A DNA stretch of 64,000 nt from Candidatus Latescibacterota bacterium. GTDB taxonomy: Bacteria; Latescibacterota; UBA2968; GCA-2709665. Position numbers and translations under genes: made by a program. Where the stretch lies: contig OZ242358.1 in NCBI GenBank assembly GCA_965208835.1, forward strand, positions 2,656,001 through 2,720,000, in the 5' to 3' direction. The notes under the pieces are model-generated. The model ran no database searches and was not told where the DNA came from. It saw only the letters and a list, made by a program, of their open reading frames with translations. Shown piece by piece: positions 8,674 through 18,506 of this stretch (position 1 is the first letter of the stretch; every line of letters starts with the position of its first letter).

Positions 8674-11600
8674 CGGATCCGGAACTGAAAACGACCCGGT
8701 CACGCGAATTCAACCCGACCGACCTGGCCGACGATATCCTGCTGGTGGTACCTGACGATATGTTGCGCCATTCCGCTGTCGCCAGCGTTCGCGACGCGGT
8801 GGGGAAGGTGGGACGACCGCCGGAAACGATCCCTCAGGGATGTTTCCGACCGGAGCAGTTCCGGGAAAGGCATGTCATTGCATTCGGAAATCTGGCAAAT
8901 AACCGGGCGATCCAGCGATTATACACCGCCCGGTGTTGTTTTGTGGATACCTTGTTCCCTGGCGCGAACGGCTATCTGGTCAAGTCGATTTCAGATCCGT
9001 TCGGATACGGCCGCAATTGCATTGTCGCGGGTGCCAGTTCCGATGATGGACTGGCGGCGGGCCTCGGCGTTTTCACGGACATCGTCGCCGCCGGCAACGG
9101 CTGTCTGGACCGCGTCCACGCCGCGTCTTCGGGACCGGAAATGCCCCTCCCGCCGGATGCTTCGGAGATCAACCGGATGGTACGGGACGATCTGAAGATC
9201 TGGGGAACGGGGTGGTCGGCTTCGCCGTTTCGCGGAGGCAGGCTGCTGACATATCTCTGGCGTCATTACCTCACGGACCACCCGGTCTGGGCGCGAGCGG
9301 CGGTGGAAATCCTGAAGGGATCCATAGAACCGTGGCGCGCGGAATGCCGTGCGCACCCGGAGGCCTACCACTGTTTCTTCAACCTGCACCTCTATATTCA
9401 TCTATGGGACCTCGTGGAAGACAACCCGCTGTTTACGCGGGAAGACCGTCTGGGGGCCGTCACGATGTTCGCCGAGTTGCTGAGGCATCTTATGAAGCTC
9501 TCGTACGTCTCGGAGGAAGTGAATCCTCCAGGTGAAATCCGGCAGAACCACACGACTTTCATCGGGTTGAACCTGGCGGTGGGCGGCGACTACATGACAA
9601 GGCGGCACGGAATTGGGGAGTTTCGACGGGCGAACGAAATCGCAAGCCGCATATTCGAAGGTCAGATGGACTGTTACAAGCCCGATGACGATGGGGGAGT
9701 GGGGTACGTCTGGCACACGCCCCAGGAAACACTCAGCTACTCTCTGTACCGCGACGACGACCGTTACCTGACCGGGGGCCACGTGGCGGACCTCTGCAAA
9801 CTGGCCGTTGTCACCACCGATAATATGCGCAGCGAATGCGGTTACGGCGATACCTCCGGGTATTCTGCATTCGCCACAGACGGATGGGAAGCGCGCCTCT
9901 GGCCGTTGATGGTTTCGACCTGGTATCGTCCGGACCCCGGACACCTCTGGACGTTGAACTGGCTGGGCGAGGGAAAACGGCCTCCAACGGACGGGGCGCT
10001 GCACGGCCTCTATTCGGCGGTCGAGTACGTGGGCGACCGCTTCGCCATTGAAGGATGCGCGCCGGAAGCGCCCCGCGATCTGCTTGGAATCTGCGTGATG
10101 GATATGCCCGATGCGGTGCTGTCCTGGGTGCGTCGATATACCCCGCAGGCGCATCATCCGGACCCCCGCAGACGGTATTTCGACAAGCTGTCGCTGCGCC
10201 GTAATTTCGAGCCGGGGGGCGAGTACCTGTTGCTGGAAGGCATCGGCACGACCTGCCATGGCCACGAAGATACCAACGCGATCATCCGGCTGACATGGAA
10301 CAACAGGGCCTGGCTGGCGGACGGGGATTACATCCGGGCGGCGCCCAGGTTTCACAATTCCGTCACGGTCATGCGCGACGGCGTGGGAGTCCTCGAGTCG
10401 CCCGGTGAGGGCGTTGTCATTCCCCCTCTGGCATCCTTGAGCATCGGTAACGACGGCGCGGAACTCGCGACGCTCCGTTCCGAAGCCGCAGGATACAACG
10501 GCGTGGACTGGCAGCGCGACATTTTCTGGCGCAAGAGCCGCTATATGGTGGTCCTGGACCGGCTGCGCTGCCACGAAGCGGGTGACTATCGTCTGCAGTG
10601 TCTGTGGCGGACGGTGGGGGACCCGGCGCTCGAGGAGGAAGGGGTTCGCATCCGACAGGAGGGAGAGGAATTTCATATCCGTAACGCGGACGGTTCGTCG
10701 CAGGAAATCGTACCGGATCCGCACGTCAAGAGCCGATGGGGGAGCTATCCTTATTCGGACGGGACGATTTCCGTACTGCATCAGCGAACCGGGTGTACTC
10801 TCGATGCGGGAACGTCGTTTACCTTTTTGAATCTGCTTACCCCGGACCCCGACATCCGTATTGAGCGGATCGGTGCTGACGCGGTAAAGGTGACGGATGG
10901 AGACGAAGTCGCTCTGTTGGGCGCCGGGACCCTTGATTTGGATGGTCTTCAGCTTTCGGGAAGCATGTTCGGGTGCCTCGCCCAAGGCAATCGCGCGGTC
11001 CTGAATGGCGTCGAACGGCTGGGCGGACGAGCGGTCGGCAGCGATGAACGGGCACTGGACGATCCCGAGTTTGCGACCCGTATCCGCCGTGCGCCGGAAG
11101 CATCTCCGGCAGCCCGGCCCGCAGACCGCCCTCCGGTTTCCGGCGGGCCGTCGGAACGATGGCGCCGCGAATTCCCGCACAGGATTCGCCACGTCTGCGT
11201 CTCAGACGAAGACGAATTGCTTCTTGCGTATGGCACGGAGGTCGCGTGTCTGTGTGCGGCGAACGGCGATACGGCCTGGTCCCGGCCGATTGACGCGGAA
11301 GGCGGCGCCAGCCGCGTGCATCTGTCGGATATCGACGGTGACGGGAATTCGGAAGCAATGGTGGGTACCGAAGACTCGCAACTGGTTGTTCTGGTAGGGG
11401 ATTCGGGTGTGGAACGGTGGCGGCGCGGAATGGCGAATATGTTCAATCGCGGTACCCGGGTGTCCGCCATTGCGGTGGCCGACCTGGAGGGGAACGGCGA
11501 CCTGAGCGTGCTTGCCGGTACCGAAGGATGGTTTGTCAACGTGTTTGCGAACGACGGCAGCCCCAGATGGGCCGAGTGGTTTCGATATCACGCCATCACG

Positions 11601-12212
11601 GCGTTGACAGTCACAGACACGGACGGCGATGGCAGGGCCGAGGTTCTGGCTGGCACGGAATATTACACGCCGCTGACGGTACACAACTTCGACGGTTCGT
11701 TTCGCTGGTCCACGTTCGAGCAGGTTGGATCGCACGGCAACGCCACAACGCCCAGGCGCGGCATCGGTCTGAAACATATGGTGCTGTGCGACCTGGACCG
11801 CGACGGCGTTCTGGAAATCGTTTACGGCACGGAGGACGGTTGGATCTATGCCGTGAAACCGCAGGACGGCGAGGAAATCTGGCATGTCAATCTCGTTGGG
11901 GAGATCACAGGGCTCGTCGCCCTGGACGATGTCATCGTCGCGGCGTGCGAATTCGGCGTGCTGTACGGGCTTGATTTCAACGGGAATATGGTATGGCATC
12001 GGAACGAAGCGCAATGGATCCACGCGCTGGCCGAATCAGCCGGTGTAATCGCCGCCGCGGTCAACCGGCGGGAGATCCGGACGTACGATCGGGAGGGACG
12101 CTGCCAGGGTTCGCTGGAAATGCCCGCAAACGTCACGTCGCTCACCGCGGCCAAAGACGGATTCGTCTGTGCCGATGAACGGGGCGTCGCAATGATTGAT
12201 CTCCAGGCATGA
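8670..12212 (+). CDS. Large heparinase II/III-like lyase with a C-terminal FG-GAP/PQQ-like beta-propeller
   Basis: QNH, HGHEDTN and HNSV motifs; four DxDxDG-type repeats (DIDGDGNSE, DLEGNGD, DTDGDGRAE, DLDRDGVLE); ATGA overlap with the TPR gene. Confidence 0.65.
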   Translation: MTDPELKTTRSREFNPTDLADDILLVVPDDMLRHSAVASVRDAVGKVGRPPETIPQGCFRPEQFRERHVIAFGNLANNRAIQRLYTARCCFVDTLFPGANGYLVKSISDPFGYGRNCIVAGASSDDGLAAGLGVFTDIVAAGNGCLDRVHAASSGPEMPLPPDASEINRMVRDDLKIWGTGWSASPFRGGRLLTYLWRHYLTDHPVWARAAVEILKGSIEPWRAECRAHPEAYHCFFNLHLYIHLWDLVEDNPLFTREDRLGAVTMFAELLRHLMKLSYVSEEVNPPGEIRQNHTTFIGLNLAVGGDYMTRRHGIGEFRRANEIASRIFEGQMDCYKPDDDGGVGYVWHTPQETLSYSLYRDDDRYLTGGHVADLCKLAVVTTDNMRSECGYGDTSGYSAFATDGWEARLWPLMVSTWYRPDPGHLWTLNWLGEGKRPPTDGALHGLYSAVEYVGDRFAIEGCAPEAPRDLLGICVMDMPDAVLSWVRRYTPQAHHPDPRRRYFDKLSLRRNFEPGGEYLLLEGIGTTCHGHEDTNAIIRLTWNNRAWLADGDYIRAAPRFHNSVTVMRDGVGVLESPGEGVVIPPLASLSIGNDGAELATLRSEAAGYNGVDWQRDIFWRKSRYMVVLDRLRCHEAGDYRLQCLWRTVGDPALEEEGVRIRQEGEEFHIRNADGSSQEIVPDPHVKSRWGSYPYSDGTISVLHQRTGCTLDAGTSFTFLNLLTPDPDIRIERIGADAVKVTDGDEVALLGAGTLDLDGLQLSGSMFGCLAQGNRAVLNGVERLGGRAVGSDERALDDPEFATRIRRAPEASPAARPADRPPVSGGPSERWRREFPHRIRHVCVSDEDELLLAYGTEVACLCAANGDTAWSRPIDAEGGASRVHLSDIDGDGNSEAMVGTEDSQLVVLVGDSGVERWRRGMANMFNRGTRVSAIAVADLEGNGDLSVLAGTEGWFVNVFANDGSPRWAEWFRYHAITALTVTDTDGDGRAEVLAGTEYYTPLTVHNFDGSFRWSTFEQVGSHGNATTPRRGIGLKHMVLCDLDRDGVLEIVYGTEDGWIYAVKPQDGEEIWHVNLVGEITGLVALDDVIVAACEFGVLYGLDFNGNMVWHRNEAQWIHALAESAGVIAAAVNRREIRTYDREGRCQGSLEMPANVTSLTAAKDGFVCADERGVAMIDLQA

Positions 12213-12335
12213 GAATCCATGTGCGATAGTCGCCGTATACCATAACCGGACGAACTCGACGAAAACCGGTATAAGATATATTATGTAAACTTGCGTGCCG
12301 TGAGATGGTGCTGTTTGGTGTCTTTTGCGCATATT

Positions 12336-13004
12336 CTATCCGAAGGGCACATTTTTGCGGTCTTTGTTCCGTAGTGTGGATAATTCGGTTTTCAGCCGCC
12401 CTATTTCCCGGTTTTTGCCAGCCAGGTCCTCTTTAAATGCCTCACAGCTGTTTTCGAGGGCCTTGTTCTTTTCTCTCAGGAAGTTCCGTTCTTCGCCAAG
12501 GCGCTTCAGTTCCTTTCGGAGCCAATGTGCCGAAAGCGCCGCCTCTTCCCTGGTTTTTTCGGCGGCGCGGAGACTTTCGCGCAACCCCTCGATGTCATCC
12601 TTGTATTTTCGCGCTTCGGTCCAACCGGACGCCGCCGACGCTTCGAGTTGGGCCTGCCGTTCGTTCAGTGCGCGAATTTCGGCCGTGCGTTCCGCCAGTG
12701 CCCGCTCGACGGCATCCAGTTTTCCTATTCGTTGTTGCAGCTGGTCGTAATCGCCCCGGTCGAGCTGTACGAGTGACTCGTTATGGAGTCCCTCCAGTCT
12801 TTCCGGATCCAGAAGTTTTCCATATTTTTTCCTGTAAATTTCCAATATATTTCCTTTGGGAATCCGCCACGCGCCATTCCACTTCCGGGCTTTCAGATAT
12901 TCCCGATCTATATAGTTTCGGACCGTTTTCGTGGTTACTTTAAGTAAATTCGCGGCCTGGTCGATGGTGAGATGTTCCGCCTGGTCGATCTGAATGTCGG
13001 ACAT
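12336..13004 (-). CDS. Excisionase/MerR-type helix-turn-helix DNA-binding protein with long coiled coil
   Basis: LTIDQAANLLKVTTKTVRNYI...WRIP is HTH_17-like, followed by a heptad-rich E/K/R/L C-terminus; GGAGG RBS. Confidence 0.72.
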   Translation of the reverse strand: MSDIQIDQAEHLTIDQAANLLKVTTKTVRNYIDREYLKARKWNGAWRIPKGNILEIYRKKYGKLLDPERLEGLHNESLVQLDRGDYDQLQQRIGKLDAVERALAERTAEIRALNERQAQLEASAASGWTEARKYKDDIEGLRESLRAAEKTREEAALSAHWLRKELKRLGEERNFLREKNKALENSCEAFKEDLAGKNREIGRLKTELSTLRNKDRKNVPFG

Positions 13005-13118
13005 GGATCCTCCATCACTTGATTATTCCATTTATTTTCCTAGATTATTATAGGAAATTTCATTCCTGAATTCAAGGAAGATTCGCGATTCGGTATTGTT
13101 TTCCGGAAGGATGCTCAA

Positions 13119-14228
13119 ATGGACGACGCAACCCTGAAACGCACCCCACTCTACCGGCAGCACGTCAAACTGAATGCCAAAATGGTCGAATTCGGCGGAT
13201 GGGAGATGCCGGTTCAGTATGCCGGCATCATTGAGGAACATCGGGCGGTAAGAACGGCGGCGGGGCTGTTTGACGTGAGCCACATGGGGCAGGTCCGGGT
13301 CTCTGGGACCGGCGCGAGGGATTTTCTGCGATATCTGGCAGCCAACGATATCCGGAAACTGGATATCGGCAGATGCCAATATTCCTTTCTCCTGAACGAG
13401 CGCGGCGGTACGATCGACGACATGATGGTCTATCGGACCGGTGAGGACTCATACACACTCGTCGTCAACGCCTCGAACGCCGAAAGAGACTGGGCGCACA
13501 TTGTATCCACGGGGACCGGCCTGAAGGACGTCCGTCTGGAGAACCGGATCGGCAAACGGGCCCTCCTGGCCTTCCAAGGTCCACTTGCGGCTGAAATCCT
13601 GTCGGAGCTGACGCCGGAAGACGTCGGGGCCCTGCGTTTCCACGATGTACGCCCGTACACCGTCGCCGGCTGGCCCGTATTGCTCGCGGCATCGGGTTAT
13701 ACCGGGGAAAACGGATTCGAAATCTTCGTGGGGACGAACGAGGTGGAATCGCTGTGGTGCGCGCTTCTCGAGGCCGGCAAGCGCGCCGGTGCGGTCCCGG
13801 CCGGTCTTGGAGCCCGCGATACCCTCCGGCTGGAGGCTTCGCTGGCTCTTTACGGACACGAACTCGACGAGAATACGTCCCCTCTGGAGGCCAACCTCGG
13901 TTTCGCCGTGGCGAAAACGGGGACTTACATCGGCTCTGAGGCGATCCGGGAACAGTTGGCAGGCGGCGTCAGCAAGAGGCTGGTCATGCTGGAAATGATC
14001 GACAAGGGCATTCCACGCCAGGGTTACGGAATTCATCGTTCGGACGGCAGCGACGCGGGTGTGATCACCAGCGGGTCCGTTTCACCGTGGACCGGCAGGA
14101 ACATCGCCATGGGCTTTGTGGACCCGAAGCTTGCCCGCCGGGAACAGGAAGTGCTTGTTGCCGTCCGGAACCGGCGGCTTCGGGCGAAGGTGGTTCGCAG
14201 GCCGTATTACCGGCGCCCCGGAAGTTAA
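13119..14228 (+). CDS. gcvT: Glycine cleavage system aminomethyltransferase T
   Basis: LKRTPLY, FGGWEMPVQY, LFDVSHMG, SGYTGENGFEI, GLGARDTLRLEA. Confidence 0.96.
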   Translation: MDDATLKRTPLYRQHVKLNAKMVEFGGWEMPVQYAGIIEEHRAVRTAAGLFDVSHMGQVRVSGTGARDFLRYLAANDIRKLDIGRCQYSFLLNERGGTIDDMMVYRTGEDSYTLVVNASNAERDWAHIVSTGTGLKDVRLENRIGKRALLAFQGPLAAEILSELTPEDVGALRFHDVRPYTVAGWPVLLAASGYTGENGFEIFVGTNEVESLWCALLEAGKRAGAVPAGLGARDTLRLEASLALYGHELDENTSPLEANLGFAVAKTGTYIGSEAIREQLAGGVSKRLVMLEMIDKGIPRQGYGIHRSDGSDAGVITSGSVSPWTGRNIAMGFVDPKLARREQEVLVAVRNRRLRAKVVRRPYYRRPGS

Positions 14229-14320
14229 CGTCCTGTCCCGGAACACCAGCGTCATCTCCCCTACCCTGCCCGTATCGTATTTCCCGCCCACGCGGGCCTG
14301 CACACGCAGCCTGTTTGAAA

Positions 14321-14355
14321 AAAGACCCGGAATCGCTCGACGATTCCGGGTCTTT
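14321..14355. terminator. Bidirectional intrinsic terminator between gcvT and leuS
   Basis: Perfect stem AAAGACCCGGAATCG-ctcga-CGATTCCGGGTCTTT between convergent genes. Confidence 0.8.
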
Positions 14356-14357
14356 AT

Positions 14358-16811
14358 CTACACCACGATATTGACGAGGCGATTGGGAACGACAATCACC
14401 TTCTTGGGCGCTTTGCCCGCGAGATGGCTCCTCACATTCGGCTGCTCCAGCGCCAGTCTCGTGACGTCGTTGCCCTCTGCATCCACGTCCACCTGAAACC
14501 TGGCGCGGACCTTGCCGTTGACCTGCACCGGCATCTGAATGGTTGCCGGACGCGCAAGATCCTCGTCCCATTCCGGCCAGGCCTGCTCGTGGACGCTGTA
14601 GCTCCCGCCGATGCGTTCCCACAATTCTTCCGATATATGCGGCGCAAAGGGCGCCAACAGCAGGCACAGCGAGCGAATGGCATCTTTCCAGGCATCCGAT
14701 TCGACGACCGCAGCGGTCTTCAGTTTGCCAAGGCGGTTGACACAGGTCATCAACGCGGCGACGGCGGTGTTGAAGTCGAAGGATTCCAGGTCCTCCGAGA
14801 CTTTTCTGATCGCCTGGTGGGTGATCCTTCTCAATTCCGTTGTCTCCCCGACTCCCGGGGGTTTGCCGGCCGACTCAGCCGGCTCGCTGACTAGAGACCA
14901 GACCCGGTTCAGAAACCGGGGAACGCCTTCCATGCTCGCCGAGTTCCAGGGGCCGCCCTGGTCCCAACGGCTGATGAACATAAGATATGCCCTGACGCTG
15001 TCAACGCCGTGCGCATCGATGAGATCGTCCGGGTTCACCACGTTTCCGCGGGACTTGCTCATTTTCTCGGAATCCTCTCCGAGAATGATGCCCTGATTGA
15101 ACAGCCGGACCATCGGTTCTGCCTCGTCGGTGGCGATGAGCTTCATGTCCCGCATCGCCATGGTGAAGAAACGGGTATAGAGCAGATGCATGGTCGCGTG
15201 CTCGATACCACCCGTATATTGATCCACCGGCAGCCAGTACGCCCCCTCTTCCGGGTCGAACGGTCCGGCTGCGAATTGCGGGCTGAGATACCGGTACTGA
15301 TACCATGACGAACACATGAACGTATCCATCGTATCGGTTTCTCTCCGCGCGTCCCCCTGGCATTCAGGGCAGGTCGTATGCAGGAATCCCTCGTGACGCT
15401 TCAGTGGAGATTCGCCCGTGGGCAGAAACTCCGCATCTTCCGGCAGTTTCACAGGAAGATCCGTCTCAGGGACCGGCACCACGCCGCAAGTGTCGCAGTA
15501 GACGATCGGTATGGGGCAGCCCCAGTACCGCTGGCGGGAAATCAGCCAGTCGTGCAACCGATAATTGACCTTGCGCTTACCGATTTCCCGCGCTTCCAAA
15601 TCTTCAGCCACCGCGACCTTCGCCGCGTCGGACGGCATGCCGCTGAACCGGCCTGAATTGGCCAGCGTGCCCTTTCCCTCGTAGGGACGCCCGAGCGGCC
15701 GGCCATCCCAGTCCGGCGGCGCGATGACCGTCGGAACGGGCAATCCATACTGTCTCGCGAAACCGAAATCCCGCTCGTCGTGTCCTGGTACGGCCATGAT
15801 CGCGCCGGTTCCGTACGTCGTAAGCACATAATCGGCGATGTAGATGGGTACCTCGGCGTTGTTCATCGGGTTGATCGCATACGCTCCCGTAAAGACACCG
15901 TCGCGATCCTTGTCCAGAGACAACCGGTCGATTTCCGACCGCCGGCCGGCTTTCTCCCGGTACGATGCGACCTCCGCCGCGCGGGCCCGGGTTGTAATCG
16001 CGTCGACAAGCTCGTGTTCAGGCGCCAATACCGCGAACGTGACCCCGAATATCGTATCGGCGCGCGTGGTAAAAACCCGAAACGATTCACCCGAACCCTT
16101 CACGGCCATTTCAAACTCCACCCCTTCACTGCGGCCGATCCAGTTGGTCTGCATCGTTTCGACCCGGCCGGGCCATTCCAGGCCCGAAAAATCAAGCAGC
16201 GAATCCGCGTATTTCGTAATCCGGAACAACCACTGATCCAGGTCTTTCTTCACAACGGGAGTATCGCACCGTTCGCAATGGCGGTCATCTCCCCACACCT
16301 GCTCTCTGGCAAGCGTCGTATTGCAACGCGGACACCAGTCCACCGGGGCCTTTTTCCGATAGGCCAATCCGTGGCGAAAGAACTGCAGGAAGAGCCACTG
16401 CGTCCACTTGTAGTACTCGGGTTCACACGTTACGATCTCCCTTTCCCAGTCGAACATGGCACCCATTTTCTTCAGGTGTCCACGCATTTTCTCTACGTTG
16501 TCCATGGTCCATCTGGCAGGATGAATCCCTCGTTCGATGGCGGCGTTTTCCGCCGGCAGTCCGAACGCATCAAACCCTATTGGAAACAAGACGTTATATC
16601 CCTTCATCCGCATCCATCTGGCGCGTGCGTCGGAAGGCACCATCGCGTACCAGTGCCCGATATGCAGGTCTCCCGAGGTATACGGCAACATGGTCAGCGC
16701 ATAGTGCTTGGGCCTGCCTTTCCTGACACCGCTCCTGTAGACACCTGTCTGTTCCCAGCGAGTGCGCCACTTTGACTCGATCGCTTCGAAATCGTATCCA
16801 CTTTCAGCCAT
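14358..16811 (-). CDS. leuS: Leucine--tRNA ligase
   Basis: PYTSGDLHIGH, WLISRQRYWG, KMSKS. Confidence 0.97.
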   Translation of the reverse strand: MAESGYDFEAIESKWRTRWEQTGVYRSGVRKGRPKHYALTMLPYTSGDLHIGHWYAMVPSDARARWMRMKGYNVLFPIGFDAFGLPAENAAIERGIHPARWTMDNVEKMRGHLKKMGAMFDWEREIVTCEPEYYKWTQWLFLQFFRHGLAYRKKAPVDWCPRCNTTLAREQVWGDDRHCERCDTPVVKKDLDQWLFRITKYADSLLDFSGLEWPGRVETMQTNWIGRSEGVEFEMAVKGSGESFRVFTTRADTIFGVTFAVLAPEHELVDAITTRARAAEVASYREKAGRRSEIDRLSLDKDRDGVFTGAYAINPMNNAEVPIYIADYVLTTYGTGAIMAVPGHDERDFGFARQYGLPVPTVIAPPDWDGRPLGRPYEGKGTLANSGRFSGMPSDAAKVAVAEDLEAREIGKRKVNYRLHDWLISRQRYWGCPIPIVYCDTCGVVPVPETDLPVKLPEDAEFLPTGESPLKRHEGFLHTTCPECQGDARRETDTMDTFMCSSWYQYRYLSPQFAAGPFDPEEGAYWLPVDQYTGGIEHATMHLLYTRFFTMAMRDMKLIATDEAEPMVRLFNQGIILGEDSEKMSKSRGNVVNPDDLIDAHGVDSVRAYLMFISRWDQGGPWNSASMEGVPRFLNRVWSLVSEPAESAGKPPGVGETTELRRITHQAIRKVSEDLESFDFNTAVAALMTCVNRLGKLKTAAVVESDAWKDAIRSLCLLLAPFAPHISEELWERIGGSYSVHEQAWPEWDEDLARPATIQMPVQVNGKVRARFQVDVDAEGNDVTRLALEQPNVRSHLAGKAPKKVIVVPNRLVNIVV

Positions 16812-16839
16812 TTGACGGCTCCCTGAACTCACAGTTTAC

Positions 16840-16938
16840 CAGTCCGTTGACAAAGTCGCGCTGCAGGCGAGGCCGAGCAACGCAGTACTTCGACCGCAAG
16901 GGCCGGCCGCAGTCCGGATGGGCTCTTTCAACGGGCTG
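16840..16938. mobile_element. 99-bp MITE, family A, copy 1
   Basis: Terminal inverted repeats CAGTCCGTTGA...TCAACGGGCTG; flanks TTAC/TTAT; closely similar copy at 49489-49587. Confidence 0.8.
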
Positions 16939-18234
16939 TTATGGGTAAAGCCGCTGCAGCATCCGGGGAAACGGAATGGTCTCCCGTACATGCCGCAACC
17001 CGCAGATCCACGCCACGGTCCGTTCAATGCCCAGGCCGAAACCGGCGTGAGGCACCGATCCGTAGCGTCTGAGGTCCAAATACCATTGAAAAGGGGTTTC
17101 GTCGAGTCTGTGTTCGGCAATCTTCCGCCGTAATTCCTCCAGGTCGTCCTCACGCTGTCCGCCCCCGATGATTTCTCCGAATCCCTCGGGCGCGAGCATA
17201 TCCATGCAAAGCGCCAACCGGCCGTCGTCCGGATCCCCCTTCATGTAGAATGCTTTACAGGAGGCCGGATATCTGTGCACCAGGACCGGACGATCGAATT
17301 GTTCCGCCAGAACGGTTTCCTCGTCGCCGCCGAAATCATCGCCCCACCGATGCGATACGCCGCTCCGATTCAGGATGTCCACCGCTTCCGTATAGGAGAT
17401 TCTGGGAAACGGTTTCTTTACTCGCTTGAGCGGCTCGAGGTCCCGCTGAAGCAACTCCAGTTCCTTTCGCCGGCTTTTCAAGACCTGCTGTACCACGGTG
17501 CTGACGAAGTCCTCCGCCAGATCCATGTCCCCGCTCAGGTCCAGGTACGCCACCTCCGGCTCGACCATCCAGAATTCGGTCAGGTGCCTCCGGGTTTTCG
17601 ATTTTTCGGCCCTGAACGTCGGCCCGAAGCAATAGACCTTTCCAAAGGCCATGGCGCTGGCTTCCAGATAGAGCTGCCCGCTCTGGGTCAGATACGCCTG
17701 GTCGTCGAAGTAGTCGGTCTGGAACAGCGTTGTCGTTCCCTCGCACGAGGAAGGCGTAAAGATTGGCGAATCCGTCAGTACGTATTCTCTTTCATCGAAG
17801 TAATTCCTGCACGCCCGAATCACTTCGCTTCGCACGCGCAGAATGGCGTGCTGGCGGGAGGAACGCAGCCAGAGATGGCGATGATCCATCAGAAATGCCG
17901 TTCCGTGCTCCTTTGGTGTAATGGGATACGGTTCCGACGTCTGAACCACCTCGATATCGGTGACCCCTATCTCGAAACCCAGAGGCGAGCGCACGTCCTC
18001 GCGAACAACCCCCCATACGCGCAGAGACGACTCCTGGGTCAGGCCGGCGGCGCGCTCGAACAGGTCCGGCGAAACGTCCCCCTTGAACAGAACACACTGC
18101 ACCACACCGGTTCCGTCTCTCAACTGCAGAAAGCTCAGTCTGCCGCTGGAGCGTTTGTTGTGCAGCCAGCCCTGGAGAAGAACGGCACGCCCGTCGTACT
18201 CTGAGATCCTTGAAATCGAAATGGGTACGGCCAT
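16939..18234 (-). CDS. asnS: Asparagine--tRNA ligase
   Basis: [55 protein letters not shown]. Confidence 0.96.
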   Translation of the reverse strand: MAVPISISRISEYDGRAVLLQGWLHNKRSSGRLSFLQLRDGTGVVQCVLFKGDVSPDLFERAAGLTQESSLRVWGVVREDVRSPLGFEIGVTDIEVVQTSEPYPITPKEHGTAFLMDHRHLWLRSSRQHAILRVRSEVIRACRNYFDEREYVLTDSPIFTPSSCEGTTTLFQTDYFDDQAYLTQSGQLYLEASAMAFGKVYCFGPTFRAEKSKTRRHLTEFWMVEPEVAYLDLSGDMDLAEDFVSTVVQQVLKSRRKELELLQRDLEPLKRVKKPFPRISYTEAVDILNRSGVSHRWGDDFGGDEETVLAEQFDRPVLVHRYPASCKAFYMKGDPDDGRLALCMDMLAPEGFGEIIGGGQREDDLEELRRKIAEHRLDETPFQWYLDLRRYGSVPHAGFGLGIERTVAWICGLRHVRETIPFPRMLQRLYP

Positions 18235-18275
18235 CGGGGGGCCTCCCGGCAGTCACGCGATCAGTCCTGGCTCAG

Positions 18276-18436
18276 TGTCCTGTCCCAAAAATTCCTCACC
18301 ATTCGACCGCCGATTCATCCCGTCTCGCTACGTTCCCCTCGCTCGCCGACCTTACGCAGGTCGCCTGCGCTCCGGCGCCTTGCAAGCCAGGCGACTCCGC
18401 GGTCGAATTCAGGCAACTTATTTCCGGGACAGGACA
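18276..18436. mobile_element. 161-bp MITE, family B
   Basis: Perfect terminal IR TGTCCTGTCCC...GGGACAGGACA, flanked by TCAG on both sides; internal IR ATTCGACCGC/GCGGTCGAAT. Confidence 0.75.
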
Positions 18437-18447
18437 TCAGCAAAACC

Positions 18448-18481
18448 AAAAAAGACGACCGGATGGTGCCGATCGCCTTTT
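18448..18481 (-). terminator. Intrinsic terminator downstream of pnp
   Basis: Minus strand AAAAGGCGATCGG-cacca-TCCGGTCGTC-TTTTTT. Confidence 0.65.
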
Positions 18482-18506
18482 GCCGACCTCTGGCTTACCA
18501 GGCGGG

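Noticed and set aside
12375-12383. Perfect DnaA box (TGTGGATAA) near AT-rich DNA, suggesting oriC
   Set aside because: It is a single box inside a CDS, with no box cluster and no dnaA/dnaN nearby.
13005-13118. Glycine riboswitch upstream of gcvT
   Set aside because: The region is short and AT-rich and lacks the aptamer motifs.
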